A stretch of 64,000 bases of DNA from Octopus vulgaris (Eukaryota), in the NCBI GenBank assembly GCA_951406725.2, contig OX597826.1, forward strand, positions 10,788,001-10,852,000, read 5' to 3'. Position 1 is the first letter of the stretch; each line of letters opens with the position of its first letter. The notes below the pieces were generated by a model, which was not told the origin of the DNA, ran no database searches, and was given only the letters and a program-made list of their open reading frames with translations. Both the position numbers and the translations under genes were made by a program. Shown here one piece after another: positions 27,907-41,043 of this stretch.

Positions 27907-28226
27907 CACATATATATATACACATATATATATACACATATATATATATACACACATATATACACATATATATATATATACACACATATATATATATACA
28001 TATATATATATATACACTCACATATGTGTGTATGTATATATATATATATATATATACATATGCACACACACAAATGTATATGTGTTTATGTATGCAAAGG
28101 TGTGTGTGTGTGTATATATATATATACATATATGTATACTAATATAACACATTCAACAACAAACACACATGCACACACCTACACACACACACATGAAGCA
28201 ACCTGTTTCTAGACACTAACACATCA

Positions 28227-28873
28227 TTAACGACGTGGTGGTACGGGAGGTGGAGGTGGCAGAACCCTTGCTGGAACTGGGGGAAGCGAGGAAGGAGGTC
28301 GAGAAGGAATCGGTGGAGGGTCTGGTTTTGTATTCTGAACCTTTACTTGAGAAGTAGTAGAACTAGTAGTGACGGGATTCAAAGTTGCTGTTGGCAATGG
28401 TGGGGGCGGTTGCAAAGGGCATGTTTTGAAATAATCCGACAGTGTTTTGGCATTGCCGTTGCCGTTGCCGTTGTTATCTTGGCCAACATCATTTGAAGGT
28501 TGGCTGGGTTTATTCACAGTTAGATCCCTGCGAACTGGAACTGGAGGCGGTGTTGGGAAGCTGATGTCTGATGGTTTTGGAACAACTTCTGGAACCATAG
28601 CATCCATAATATTGGTTGATGAATTCTGAGACATCGGTGCTAATGGAGTTGAATTGGTTGAAGAATCAAGTGTCATCTTTTGGAGCATGTCATTTGTTTG
28701 CTGTTCTATCTGGTTGGTCGATGACATCATCGTTAGGTTTTCAACGCTAGCACTGTAAGGGCGATTTAAATGAGACGCTTCATTCGTATCTGATTTATCA
28801 TCAGGGGCATTGTAAGTTTGTAAACAACCAGTTGTTTGGCTACGGGATATGCTGGTCTGGGTTGCAGTAGCTC
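28227..28873 (-). CDS. SYNJ1: Synaptojanin terminal coding exon, Pro-rich tail ending PPPPPVPPRR*
   Basis: tttttcatctag acceptor (phase 1), 215 codons to TAA; several class II SH3 ligands PxxPxR (PPVPVR, PPIPSR, PPVPAR, PPVPPR). Confidence 0.88.
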
Positions 28874-29934
28874 CTAGATGAAAAAAATAAAAATAAATAT
28901 ATGAATAAATTAATAAATAATTACAAAAACACATAATATGTAATATACTGATAAAAATTTCTTAATTTGCATTCATTATACAAAATTATTTAAATACTGA
29001 TTTCTTTCTAGGCACAAATGTTAATTTTCAAAGAGGAAGTGATATAACCGTTTAATGTAATTTCCAGTATATCACTGGTACTTATTTTATTGTACTCTAA
29101 AGGAGAAAAGGTAAGTACCAACTGACCTCTCTGTTATGTTCTAAACTAAAGAAGTGAAAAATACCGAATCTGGTTTATCTCTTTATCATCAATACCAATG
29201 TAATTAAACAAAAAATACTCAAAAATAATTAAGCATGAAAATTTGCAGTAATTCTTCAACATAGATCTGAGAAAAGGCAAATATGTTAAAATATTGGTAA
29301 AGAAATAGGTTCCTTTTATTTTATACAAAATTAAACATTCTTGCTGTACAAGAGCAGAGGATGGCAAAATATTGTAGAAAATCAGACAAAATACTTTATA
29401 GTATTTATTTACATTCCCTCATGGTTCTACATTCAAATCTTTCTTGGGACTGATTTCTTCTTGTATTTCTAAGGATCAATTAAAATGACTATGGTCCATT
29501 TCCAAAATATGTGGCCTTGCACCAATGTTGGAATTTACCGTTATTGTAGGTGAGTAACTCCAGCAATCCTTTGTTAATACATCTAGTGTCCCAGTCAGTC
29601 CAATTATAATAAAACTAACAAATCTTGTAACTACTAGATGTGCTATTACAAGATGGACTTAGACAACTAAGACCTATGCTGTGTTATCAACTAACATTGG
29701 TCAGTTCTGTTTGAGTAACACATCTTGTATCTGCAAGCAGTTTTATAGTAATACCCTTCAAGAACCCTGTTTTAACACACAGTCCTATGTTAATACATCT
29801 AGCAGTCCCAGTCAATTCTGTATTAACATACCTCTGGTGTAGAGGTAACCAATTGGATTTGTATGAGAAACTGCTGAGTCCAGCAAACCAGATATAATTC
29901 GGGCTGATGCAGAAATATCTTACATACAAGACTT

Positions 29935-30256
29935 TTATGGATTCCATGGACAGTGAGGCTCACCAATGGAGAAGTTCTTAAGCAGATCAGGCCGAAAATG
30001 TCGCTAGAAGCTAGGATCACCAAGCATAGATTGGCATATTTCGGTCATTTTATGCGGAGAAAATCCCTGGAGAAGGACATCATGCTCGGAATGGTCAGTG
30101 GCAAGAGAGGAAGAGGCCGACCAAGAACCCACTGGATTGACACCATCAAGAGTGATACCGGAATGGACATAGCCAATCTGAAAGAAGCGGCCCAGGATAG
30201 AACTGACTGGCGGACACTGATCCAACGAGTAACCGAGAGTTGACTTACACTGAGCG

Positions 30257-30326
<70 letters not shown>
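29935..30326 (+). mobile_element. RTE/BovB-like LINE 3' fragment ending in (GATA)n
   Basis: IPWT..TNGEVL..RLAYFGHFMRR..SLEKDIMLG..GKRGRGRPRTHWID..AQDRTDWR. Confidence 0.85.
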
Positions 30327-31309
30327 CTCTGTCATATAATGCTCCAATCAAATTGCTGTTCAAAGTTTCTCTGGAAATGTATCTGGTAATTACATACAAA
30401 ATAATAACATGATGGGACCTCAGTGTACAAAATACTATATTTATGGAATCTTGTTGTAGGAGCTTAGTGACTGAGCACAATTTGTGCTTGCCTAGATAAA
30501 ATGAAATTGAATTTAGGATAAGGAAGCAGTGTTCTAACATTAATGTAGTTTCAGAAGCTATGTGGGTCAGATTAGAGATTATGAACTCAAGCTGAGCATT
30601 TTAAGTGCAATGTGTGATTGGTTGAGTAGTGGGTATAATATATCTGTAGATAGCTGCAATGATTAATGTGAATTGTTTTAGATGGTTAATAGCAAAGAGA
30701 CTAAGAGTCAAAGTAAGATTATCAAAAGTGGACTAATGCTTAATTTGACTAAATTAATAAATGGTAAAATGGCAAAATCATTAAAGCATTGAATGAAATG
30801 CCTTGTAGCATTTATTCTAGTCTCTTGTGTTCTGAATACAAAACTCTGTCAAGGTTGATTTTGATTTTGATTCTTCTGGGAGTTGATAAATAAAATTGAC
30901 ATCTGGGGCTGATAAAAAAAATGTGTGGTACCTTAGGAATCTATTAAGGTACCACATGATACCTTCCAGCATCTCTTTGTGTTCTGAGTTCAAATCCTGC
31001 TTTGGTCTATTTGGGTAGTAAATCTCATCGGTCATCCACTTGAGCCCTATTTGTTTTATAAGTTTTAGTCAGGTGGGAAGGTAGTGCCCATGATCCATTA
31101 CAGGACCCCTGAAGCTGGTGGGTGGAGGAGAAACGTACAAAGGCATCCTCAAACTGGAAGCCTGTTCCAAATGCTTAACATTAAAGGCAAGGTGGTATTA
31201 AACTAGGTTGACAGGTTAAGTCTATCATCCAAGGTCCTTGGGTCCCTTTAGAGGGGTTCAAATTTGCTGAAAGCATTTATATATATCACCGAATGTGGTT
31301 GATGCCAGC

Positions 31310-31550
31310 ACCCCTTCCCTCAAAAGCAGCTCACGACATTTGTGCTGTGCATGGAGAGGGTGCCATAGCTGAAAGAACAGCTCACGATTGGTGTGCCAAG
31401 TTCAAAAATGGAAATTGTGACCCCAAAGAAGTACTTCGTTTTGGCCATCCAGTTGAGTTTGATGAAGAGCAATTAAGCCAACTTTTGCATGAAAATTCTC
31501 GTCAAACGACAAAGGAACTGGCAGAGAAAATGGAATGCTTCCACACTGCT
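31310..31550 (+). mobile_element. mariner transposase N-terminal HTH fragment
   Basis: AAHDICAVHGEGAIAERTAHDWCAKFKNGN..RFGHPVEFDEEQL..ENSRQTTKELAE. Confidence 0.85.
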
Positions 31551-33430
31551 GCCAGTGGCACATAGAAATGTGTGTGTTTGTCTATACATTGCATGGTGAC
31601 TATTATACTACAAGTGAGGTGGTTTGTTTACAGTCGTCCATGAAAAACATCTCTAGTTATGGCAAAATATTAACTTCCTTGCAATCAGATGGGGATTCGT
31701 GACAGGAAAGGTATCTGGCTGTAGAAAACCTACTTTAACAAATTTTATCTGACCCATGCAAGCATAGAAAAGTAGATGTTAAATGATGATGAGGATGAGG
31801 ATGATGATGATGATGATGTAAAAATCAGATAACGTTGAATAGAGACACTTCCAAACATAGGATACAGGATATAGTTGTGTTTGTTAGAATAATTCCCACT
31901 TAGCTCAGTAGCAGATTGTTTACTGTAATTCTAGAATCAGTGTTCTAGTTTCTGTTTCTAGAGTTGGAGGTGTTAAGTAACAAATATTTGAGGTCAGAGA
32001 TGCTGGATGAAAACATTGTGCTGAAGTTTCTAGAGCAGTGATGTGTTTAAAACCAGCAAGGAAAACAACTAAATGATTGATTTATTCAATCAATAGATAA
32101 ATTAGTAGATTGTCCAACCCATGCCAGCATGGAAAGTAGACGTTAAAGGATGCTGATGATAATGATAATGATGCATTTAGATTTCACAGTGAAAGAATCA
32201 CAAAGGCTTGTCACTCTGTCAGTCATGATGATGAATATTCCACTTGATTTTATCAACAGAGCAGCCTGCTTGTGGAATTAATGTGGAAGACATTGAGCAC
32301 ACCACAGACATGCATATCCTTAAAATAGTTCTCGGGGAGATTCAGCACGATACACAAAATGTGACAAGGCTGGCCCTTTGAACTACATGTACTCCATCAA
32401 AGAGGAAAGAACTGATCTCATATATTTAATTACAAAGTATTTGGCAACTGCTAAGTTTTTCTAATTACATGTCCAGTTCTAAGAATATGTGATCAGAAAA
32501 AGCACCATCCGAACGTGGCCGATGCCAGTGCCGTCTTGACTGGCTTCCATGCCGGAGGCACCAATCCGATTGTGGCCTGGCACCTGTACCGGTGGCATGT
32601 AAAAATCACCCACTACACTCACAGAGTGGTTGGCATTAGGAAGGGCATCTGGCTGTAGAAACACTGCCAGATCAGACTGGAGCCTGGCGCAGCCTCCTGG
32701 CTTCCCAGATCCCCGGTCGAACCGTCCAACCCATGCTAGCATGGAGAACGGACGTTAAACGATGATGATGATGATGAATGTTGCAGTAAAGAATCTCCAG
32801 ATGGATTCTTCAAGCTGAGCCATCTGGCAGGAGATTCAGGAGTAGATTAAGAATGAGGTGATTGGATAATGTCCATGTAGGCCATTGTGGGATTTGAATT
32901 CAGAATACAAAGAGCTGGGCTGGAACAAATACCACAAGGCATCCAGTCTGACATCCTTACAGTTCCACCAAACCACCATTTTGGCTTACTTCTTTTTTTT
33001 TCTTTATTGACTTCAGAAGAATAAAAGACAAAAATAAACCTCGATGGGAATTAAACTCAAAGCACAAAGAATGTGATGTTCTGAAGACTCTGCCAATTTG
33101 GCATCTAAACTGGTAAATAATTCAATTAATATAGAAATTAAACATGAAAAAAACAAAAAACAAAAAAAGCAGAATTAGATAAAGTAAAATGTAGTGAGGA
33201 CAAAATAATGTTTTGATTAATTGAAATTATAATGAAAATAAAATAAACCCCATTAGTGTTAATGACAATTGTAGATGAAGTACAAGCATAGCTGTGTGGT
33301 TAAGAAGCTTGTTTTACAACCATGTGGTTTTGGGTTCAGTCCCACTGCAGTACCAGACCAACCAATGTCTTGTGAGTGAATTTAGTAGATGAAAACTGTG
33401 GAAACCTGTTGTGTGTGTATGTGTGTGTAT

Positions 33431-33475
<45 letters not shown>

Positions 33476-33939
33476 TTTGTGTTTGTATTTGGCTGTCACC
33501 ACTGCCGCCATCACCGCCACCACCACGACCACCACATTATAACCAGTGTTAGTTAGTTTATGTCCCTGTAACTTAGCAGTTAGCAAAAGAGACTGATAGA
33601 ATATGTACCAGACTTAGAAGACAAAATATGGGATAGAATTAGTCGACTAAAACCTCTTTTGGTACTACTCTTGGATGGTTGCTGTCCAATGACTGAAACA
33701 TGTAAAAGATAAAAGGTGAAAAACAAGAAAAGCAAAGTCAAGAATTCCAACATTTAAAGACATGCAATAAGGAATGAGTCTGATCTTTGATAAAAATGGT
33801 GGCAACTGTGGATATGTTTTGACATTAATAGACCTCCTCAGTGAAGTCTAACATGTTTCCACAACACCAGAGAATAATTTGAAGAGGATATAGTTTTTGT
33901 GTGAAGATGATTATTTACTGATGAAGCAATTTAGATTTC

Positions 33940-34225
33940 TGTTGTGTCTGGGGAGAGTCATTTCCTTTTTGTGCCTTATAATCTAACACACTCACCGGTA
34001 AAATTTCCACTTATTTCTTATTTTTATTTTCCTAAAATTTTCGTTGCGTCTTGCAACCTTTTCAATAGTCTTGACTACAAATGGACAGAGTCAAGACTAT
34101 TGAAAAGGTTGCAAGACGCAACGAAAACTTTAGGAAAATAAAAATAAGAAATAAGTGGAAATTTTACCGGTGAGTGTGTTAGATTATAAGGCACAAAAAG
34201 GAAATGACTCTCCCCAGACACAACA
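33940..34225. repeat. Near-perfect palindrome, 137-bp arms, 12-nt spacer
   Basis: 33940-34076 vs 34089-34225, one mismatch seen. Confidence 0.95.
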
Positions 34226-34451
34226 AAATATGCTTCAACACACGAACTCATATAAAGAATCTTGCAAACCAAATCCAAAAACAAAATACAATTTAGAATT
34301 GACATTGGAAAATTTCTCACTTTTGTTACACTTTCTACTTCTCCCCTTATTTGAAGGATGCACACCAAATATGAACTGAAAAATTATTTACTTTCATCAA
34401 AGAAAACAGCAATAACTATGAAACTAAAAAAGCAAACAACTCTGTACCAAC

Positions 34452-34566
34452 CTCCAGTAGTTGTGGTTTGGTTCGACATTAGATTGTTTAGCATTTTCTC
34501 AGCACTACTGGCATCAGTAGCATGACAATGGTGCTGTACGTTGACTGGGGAACTAATACTGGAGAT
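34452..34566 (-). CDS. SYNJ1: Synaptojanin exon with CRIB-like motif (ISSISSPVNVQHHCHATDASSAEKMLNNLMSNQTTTTG)
   Basis: ttttcag acceptor, weak gttggt donor giving phase 0-1; resembles, from memory, the [22 protein letters not shown] segment of vertebrate synaptojanin-2. Confidence 0.78.
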
Positions 34567-35197
34567 CTGAAAAATATAAATTGAATATAAAAACAGTAGC
34601 AATTTTAGTCAGCTGTATTGAAAATATAAATCTAGAACAAACAGGAATACTGTTATAGTTGTTCCAATGTACATAGGGACTATAGAAATGATACAAGGAT
34701 TATGAGGGGGTGCTGGAAAGTTCCTGGCTTTGGGTAAAAGAAAATACAGGAGGATCAGAAAATTATGATTTTATTGTGCATTATACAAAAGTGAGGTGGG
34801 AAATTGGGAAATGGAGAGATGTGGAGGAAGATTTTCATCAAGAGAAGAAAAAGAAAAAGAAATCTGTGCGTGTGTGTGTAGAGGTATAAATGTAGTGGAA
34901 GTGAGAAATAATTGAACAGGAGATGTCAGTGTGAATAATGAAGCGTGAGTGGAGGTAAAAAGAAGATTAACTGAAAGATGACGAAATGAAACACAAGAAG
35001 AAAATAGAGCAAACGCAGAAACATCAAGAAATACTGAAAGGAATCAGAAAGAAATACTCTAATTTCTTACAAATAACAAGCTAGCTCATTAATATTACAG
35101 GCAACAATATTACGATAAAATAAAGCAAAATATAAATATAGCTTTTATGGCATTAAGAAAGTTTAAAAAAGACAAAAAAAAAAAAAGGAACCATTAC

Positions 35198-35241
35198 CTT
35201 TGATGAAGAAATTGGAACAATGTTTTCGGTTTTGTTAGGCT
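35198..35241 (-). CDS. SYNJ1: Probable 44-nt synaptojanin micro-exon (EPNKTENIVPISSSK)
   Basis: ctttcag/gtaatg; phase 1-0, exactly bridging the phases of the flanking exons. Confidence 0.7.
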
Positions 35242-37476
35242 CTGAAAGCATACAAGAAATAACTCAGGTGAACATGGATACTTTTTTACTCTTTTACTTG
35301 TTTCAGTTATTTGATTGCGGCCATGCTGGAGCACTGCCTTTTAGTCGAGCAAATCGACCCCCACAGGACTTATTCTTTGTAAGCCTAGTACTTATTCTAT
35401 CGATCTCTTTTGCCGAACTGCTAAGTTACGGGGGATGTAAACACACCAGCATCGGTTGTCAAGCAATGCTGGGGGGGGGGGGGGAACTAATACACACACA
35501 TACATATATATACATATATACGACGGGCTTCTTTCAGTTTCCGTCTACCAAATCCATTCACAAGGCTTTGGTCGGCCTGAGGCTATAGTAGAAGACACTT
35601 GCCCAAGGTGCCATGCAGTGGGACTGAACCCGGAACCATGTGGTTGGTAAGCAAGCTACTTACCACACAGCCACTCCTGTGCCTATAGGTAACAAAAGTT
35701 TAACAGTTATTAGTAGCAGTTCAATTATAGCCACAACATTTTCTATTTGTGCAAAGAATATTACCCAAATTGCAGGCACTAACTTTTTTTTCATGGCAAT
35801 TGAGCAAGTTTATGTTTTATGAATTTTAACTAGATCACTTGTAATTTCCAGCAGAGATCTGAAACCGGAACCTTTGGGTTGCATTAATACTTCTCAACAC
35901 CCATGCCTATAAGGGCACCGAAGCAGCAAATGTCTTATGAATTTTAATGTGTATTTTCTTAATCTGACGTAGACCAAAAGTAGTTTACGAGGAATCACTG
36001 TCATCATCATCATCGTCAATGTCATCATTATCGTTGTTGTCATCATTGTCACTGCTGTCACCATCATCATCAATGCTATCATCATCATTGTCATCATCAT
36101 TTAATATCCATCCATCTTCTATGCTGGCATGGATTGGATTCTACCTTCTTGTTATTTCTATCTTGATTCGTCAAGTAGGATTATCTACTACACTGGTTAC
36201 AAATGGCTTAAACCTGAAGATTCACCAGAAACTGAGGTAACGAAAGCAATTATGTCATCAACAAGTTGTTTTAACCATCTAAAAACATAAAAAATAAGAC
36301 TATTAAATTCACTTTTCATTTCTGAAGGAGTCAAAATTTTCATTGCATACCTGTGACCTGCTTACTGACACTTCTCCATTACCAGATCAAAATTACTTGC
36401 TCAACAAATCAAATGAAGAACTAAGAAGCCCTAGTTATTTAAAGAAGAGCAAAAAAGAAAACATGGTATTTTGTGCCCATCTTAAAAGAGTTAGCATTAC
36501 GAATGAATGGATTAGGGCAGCAAGCTAGCAGAACTATTAGCGTGCTGGGCAAAATGCTTAGCAGCATTCCATCTGTCTTCAGTCTCTGAGTTCAAATTCT
36601 GCTAGAGCTGACTTTTGGGGTCAATAAAATAAGGAGTAGACGAACTATGGGGTCAATGTAATCAACTTAGCACGTCCCCTGAATTGTTGGCATTTGGCCA
36701 AAATTTGTAACCAGTATGAATGAATGGATTCTTTCAGAAATTGAAAGCTGGCAGGTAACCATGTGGTTTCAGGTACAGTCCTGCTATGTAGCACATTGGG
36801 CAAGTGCCTTCTTCAATAACCTTGGGTCAAGTAATGCCTTTGATTGAATTTGGAAGAATGAAACTATATAGAAAGTCATCTTATATATGTGTATATATAT
36901 ATATATATGAATAAAAAATGGAGTTAACGCAGGTGTAATCAAATATTTATTTATTTTTTCCGTGTTAATTGTTAACAAGGTAAAAATACACTCATCTATT
37001 TATATATATATAGAGATATATATATATATATATATGATCGTTACCAGCATCACCTTACTGGCACCTGTGCTGGTGGCATGTGTAAAAGATTCGAGCGAGG
37101 TCGTTGCCAGTGCCGCCTGACTGGCCCTATTCCAGTGGCACGTAAAAGCACCCACTACACTCTTGGAGTGGTTGGCGTTAGAAAGGGCTTCCAGCTGTAG
37201 AAACTGCCAGATCAAGAGTGAAGCCTGGTGCAGCCACCTGGTTCGCCAGCCCTCATTTGTCCAACCCATGCTAGCATGGAAAGTGGATGTTAAACGATGA
37301 TGATGATGATGATATATATATATATAATTATTGTTTAATGTCTGCCTTCCATGTAGGCAACAGTTAGATGGTTTGACAGGAGCCAGCCAGGTAGAAGACC
37401 AGCCCAGACTACTGTGTCTGTTATGGCAAGGTTTTTATGACTGAATACCCTTCCTAACACCAACCACTCCACAAAC

Positions 37477-37508
<32 letters not shown>

Positions 37509-37659
37509 TATGTGTGTATATATATATACACATATATATGTGTGTGTATATATATATATATACATATATATGTGTATATATATATATATTTGTCCAACCC
37601 ATGCTAGCATGGAAAACGGACGTTAAACGATGATGATATATATATATATATGTGTATGT

Positions 37660-38147
37660 ATGCCGGTGACACGTAAAAAATACCACCGTTGCCAGCCACG
37701 CCTGGCCCCCGTGCCGGTGGCACGTAAAAATCACCATCCATTTGCGGCCGTTACCAGCCTCGCCCGGCCCCCCATGCTGGTGGCAAGTAAAAAGCACCAT
37801 CCATTCGTGGCTGATGCCAGCGCTGCCCCAACTGGCCTCCGTGCTGGTGGCACGTAAAAGCACCATCCGTTCGTGTCCGTTGCCAGCCTCGCCTGGTCCC
37901 CGTGCCGGTGGCACATAAAAGCACCATCCATTCGTGACCGTTTGCCAGCTCCGTCTGGCACCTGTGCGGGTGGCACGTAAAAAGCACCCACTACACTCGC
38001 AGAGTGGTTGGCGTTAGGAAGGGCATCCAGCCGTAGAAACATTGCCAGATCAGACTGGGCCTGATGCAGCCTTCTGGCTTCACAGACCCCAGTTGAACCG
38101 TCCAACCCATGCCAGCATGGAGAACGGACGCTAAATGATGATGATGA
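37660..38147 (+). mobile_element. SINE/LINE-tail family with about 59-bp tandem subrepeats and (GAT)n tail (copies near 1310, 11925, 18175, 21465, 32500, 37035, 41525, 58890)
   Basis: Repeated GTGCCGGTGGCACGTAAAAAGCACC units, then GGAAGGGCATCCAGC..CCATGCTAGCATGG..(GAT)n. Confidence 0.8.
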
Positions 38148-38414
38148 TATATATAGATATGCCCTGATGTTACATGAACCAGTCCTCCTACCTCAGTGTA
38201 AAAACAGGCCATACGCCTCAAGTATAAGCTCAGAAAAAGAGAGAAGCCGGTGTACATTAATCAGCAGAAGGCAAGGGGAAACTACTGCTGTATCTTTCCA
38301 AGAAAAATCATGAAGTTCAGACTTTTCTACAGAGGCCCATGATTGCTGATGTTCATTTATCCTTTTGGGGTCGATAAATTAAGTACCAGTTGTGTACCGG
38401 GGTTGATGTAATCA

Positions 38415-39205
38415 TCATCATCATTGTTCGACCGTGGTCGAGACAATAGAATTTACTATGTTATGCCAGCCTTCACGGTCCATCATGGCATTACGGAGGT
38501 CCTGTTGCTGGATGACTGTATCCCTGGAGATTACATCAGGGTAGGAGAATGTGTGCCCTCTGGTATTGCGAGTAGATGGCTTCCAGAGGAGAAGAGTAGA
38601 AATTACCTCGTTTTCAGCTCTACAACAATGTCCAGCAAACTGGACTCTCCTACCTTTCACAAGAGATGACACAGGTGGTAGTTTCCCATATATTTGCATT
38701 TTGGTTGGATGGCGCTTTGAAATAAAACCAAGAAGTTCCAGACACCCAGCTGAGTACTTGACAGACACTGACTTTGCTGACGACATCGCTCTTATCAGTG
38801 ATTCTCTCTCCAATGCCCAGTCTCTTTTACAATCTCTTGAACAAGCCTCAAATTGTGTAGGTCTTTACCTCAATGAGGCCAAGACTGAATACATAAACAA
38901 GTGCCTGTCCAACAGTGATTGCATCATCCATACTCTCAACAGTGCGCCTTTAAATATGGTTTCTGATTATAAATATCTTGGGTCATACATATCATCATCT
39001 GGAAAAGACTTTCTAACTAGAAAGGGTATGGCCTGGTCAGCCTGTAATGACATGCATAAGATCTGGTCATCAAATCTAAGTAGAGACTTCAAACTTGAAA
39101 TCTTCAAAGCCACAGTCGAACCAATTCTACTATATGGCTCAGAAACCTGGAAGTTATCAAAGAAGCTTGAGAGGCGGTTGGATGGAACCTACACTCACCT
39201 CCTTA
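38415..39205 (-). mobile_element. RTE-like LINE fragment with 5' inversion, (TGA)n tail and 11-bp TSD, inserted into a SINE
   Basis: 3' part on minus (KRHPTK..FAGHC..STTVEQ*), RT part on plus (FADDIAL, YKYLGS, LLYGSETW); TSD TGATGTAATCA at 38404-38414 and 39206-39216. Confidence 0.88.
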
Positions 39206-39738
39206 TGATGTAATCAACTATTCCCCTCCTCTAAAATTTCAGGCCTTGTGCTTATAGTAGAAAGGATTATAATTATTATTTTAAGGCAGTGAGCTGGCAG
39301 AGTCATTAGCACTCCGGGTAAAATGCTTAGCAGCAATTTCATCCATCTTTAGGTTCTGAGTTCAAATTCCACTGGGGTTGACTTTGCCTTCCATCCTTTT
39401 GGGGTCAATAAATTAAGTACCAGTGAAACACTGGGATTGATGTAATCGATTAGCTCCGTCCCCCAAAATGTCAGGCCTTGCTTTATTATTTATTTCTTTA
39501 TTGCCCACAGGGGGCTAAACATAGAAGGGACAAACAAGGACAGACAAAAGGATTAAATCAATTACATCAACCCCAGTGCGTAACTGGTACTTAATTTATC
39601 GACCCCGAAAGGATGAAAGGCAAAGTCGACCTTGGCATATTTTGAACTCAGAATGTAACAGCAGACGAAATACCACTAAACATTTTGCCTGGTGTGCTAA
39701 CGATTCTGCCAGCTCGCCACATTGCTTTATTATTATCA

Positions 39739-39773
<35 letters not shown>

Positions 39774-39827
39774 AGTAGTAGTAGTAGCAGCAGTAACAGC
39801 CACAGTAGTATAGTAGCAGAAGTTTAC

Positions 39828-39903
39828 CTTTTGGTTTAGGTTTAAATGGTCCGGAGCTGGGTCTTGGTGGTGGTTTGCCTGGTCTTTGTGGAGGAGCTCT
39901 TTT
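39828..39903 (-). CDS. SYNJ1: Synaptojanin proline-rich exon (KRAPPQRPGKPPPRPSSGPFKPKPK)
   Basis: aacag/gtaaac; 76 nt, phase 0-1; APPQRP resembles the vertebrate proline-rich domain. Confidence 0.85.
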
Positions 39904-39968
39904 CTGTTTAAAACACAAAAAAGCATCTTCATGAGTACATGTTTAGAACTGCCAAACACCTCTTCAGC

Positions 39969-40000
<32 letters not shown>

Positions 40001-40003
<3 letters not shown>

Positions 40004-40370
40004 AGAGTTTACGTAAAAAACAAAAGACGAAGACAGGTGGTGTACAAAACAAACAGATGTATTAGCATAATGCTCAGGAATGGAAAAAGTCTTACGTTTC
40101 GAGCCTATGCTCTTCTACTGAAAGGGACACAGAAAAAACAAGGAGAGAAACTATATTTATATAGTTACTCCAAATATGAACAAAGAGAAAGCACAACAAT
40201 GCGAGGATGTGGAAGAAGTACAGTGTTATTGGACGCTCAGGAAAGGAAAGAAAGAAGGAGGATTAAACGTTTCGAGCGGAGCTCTTCGTCAGAAACATAG
40301 AAAAAGGAAAGGTCCAAGGAAGGGAAGACAGAGGAAGAAAATCACCAATGATACACATGTGGTCATATAA
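40001..40370 (-). mobile_element. Penelope pLTR-like remnant with two tandem minimal hammerhead-like motifs, flanked by (TA)n
   Basis: CTGACGAAGAGCTCCGCTCGAAACGTT at about 40262-40296; decayed copy GAAGAGCATAGGCTCGAAACGTA at about 40088-40122; related element at 48232-48440. Confidence 0.65.
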
Positions 40371-40390
40371 ATATATATATATTTTTATAT

Positions 40391-40439
<49 letters not shown>

Positions 40440-40782
40440 CAGATATATATCATTGTCATCATTTAATGCCTGCTTTCTGACTCTTATTTCTAGCAATGCT
40501 GGTGCTGACTTGCACCGTTAATCACTTTAGTGACGATTGTACTTTTGATTGTAAATTGCAAATAGCCACTTTAATAATTTATGAGTGGCTGTGTGGTAAG
40601 AAGCTTGCTTTCCAATCACATGGTTCCAGGTTCAGTCCCACTGCATGGTACCTTGGGTAAGTGTCTTCAACTATAGCCTTGGGCAGACCAAAGCCTTGTA
40701 AGTGGATTTGGTAGATGGAAACTGAAAGAAGTTTGTCGTATATATATGTATTTGTGTGTCTGTGTTTGTCCCCCAAATAGCA

Positions 40783-41043
40783 CAGCTCCCATGACTTTTG
40801 GAAACATTTTTTCATGCTAAGAGTTGCTGAAGCATGGAAAAGACTGCCGGCATCAGTTGTTAGTTGTTGGAGCAGTTTCATCCTTCAAAATTTCCATGCT
40901 TTCTGAGATTCGCCAACATTACACCTGATTTTCTCACTGTTCACTTCCCAGATATTTGTACATAACTGCATATGCTTTATATGCACTTTTGACAAGTTGT
41001 GGTGCACCTGAGCACTGCATACAATAATTTCATTATTATTATT
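40783..41043 (+). mobile_element. CR1/L2-like LINE 3' end with (ATT)n tail
   Basis: HDFWKHFFMLRVAEAWKRLPASVV matches the FxxRVxxxWNxLP terminal motif. Confidence 0.65.

Noticed and set aside
36140-36280. Extra synaptojanin exon
   Set aside because: Acceptor-like sites are followed by stops in the frames tested; flanking exons join without it
37660-37990. CRISPR-like array of about 59-bp units
   Set aside because: The spacers resemble each other, the unit is part of a dispersed SINE-like family, the context is eukaryotic and there are no cas genes
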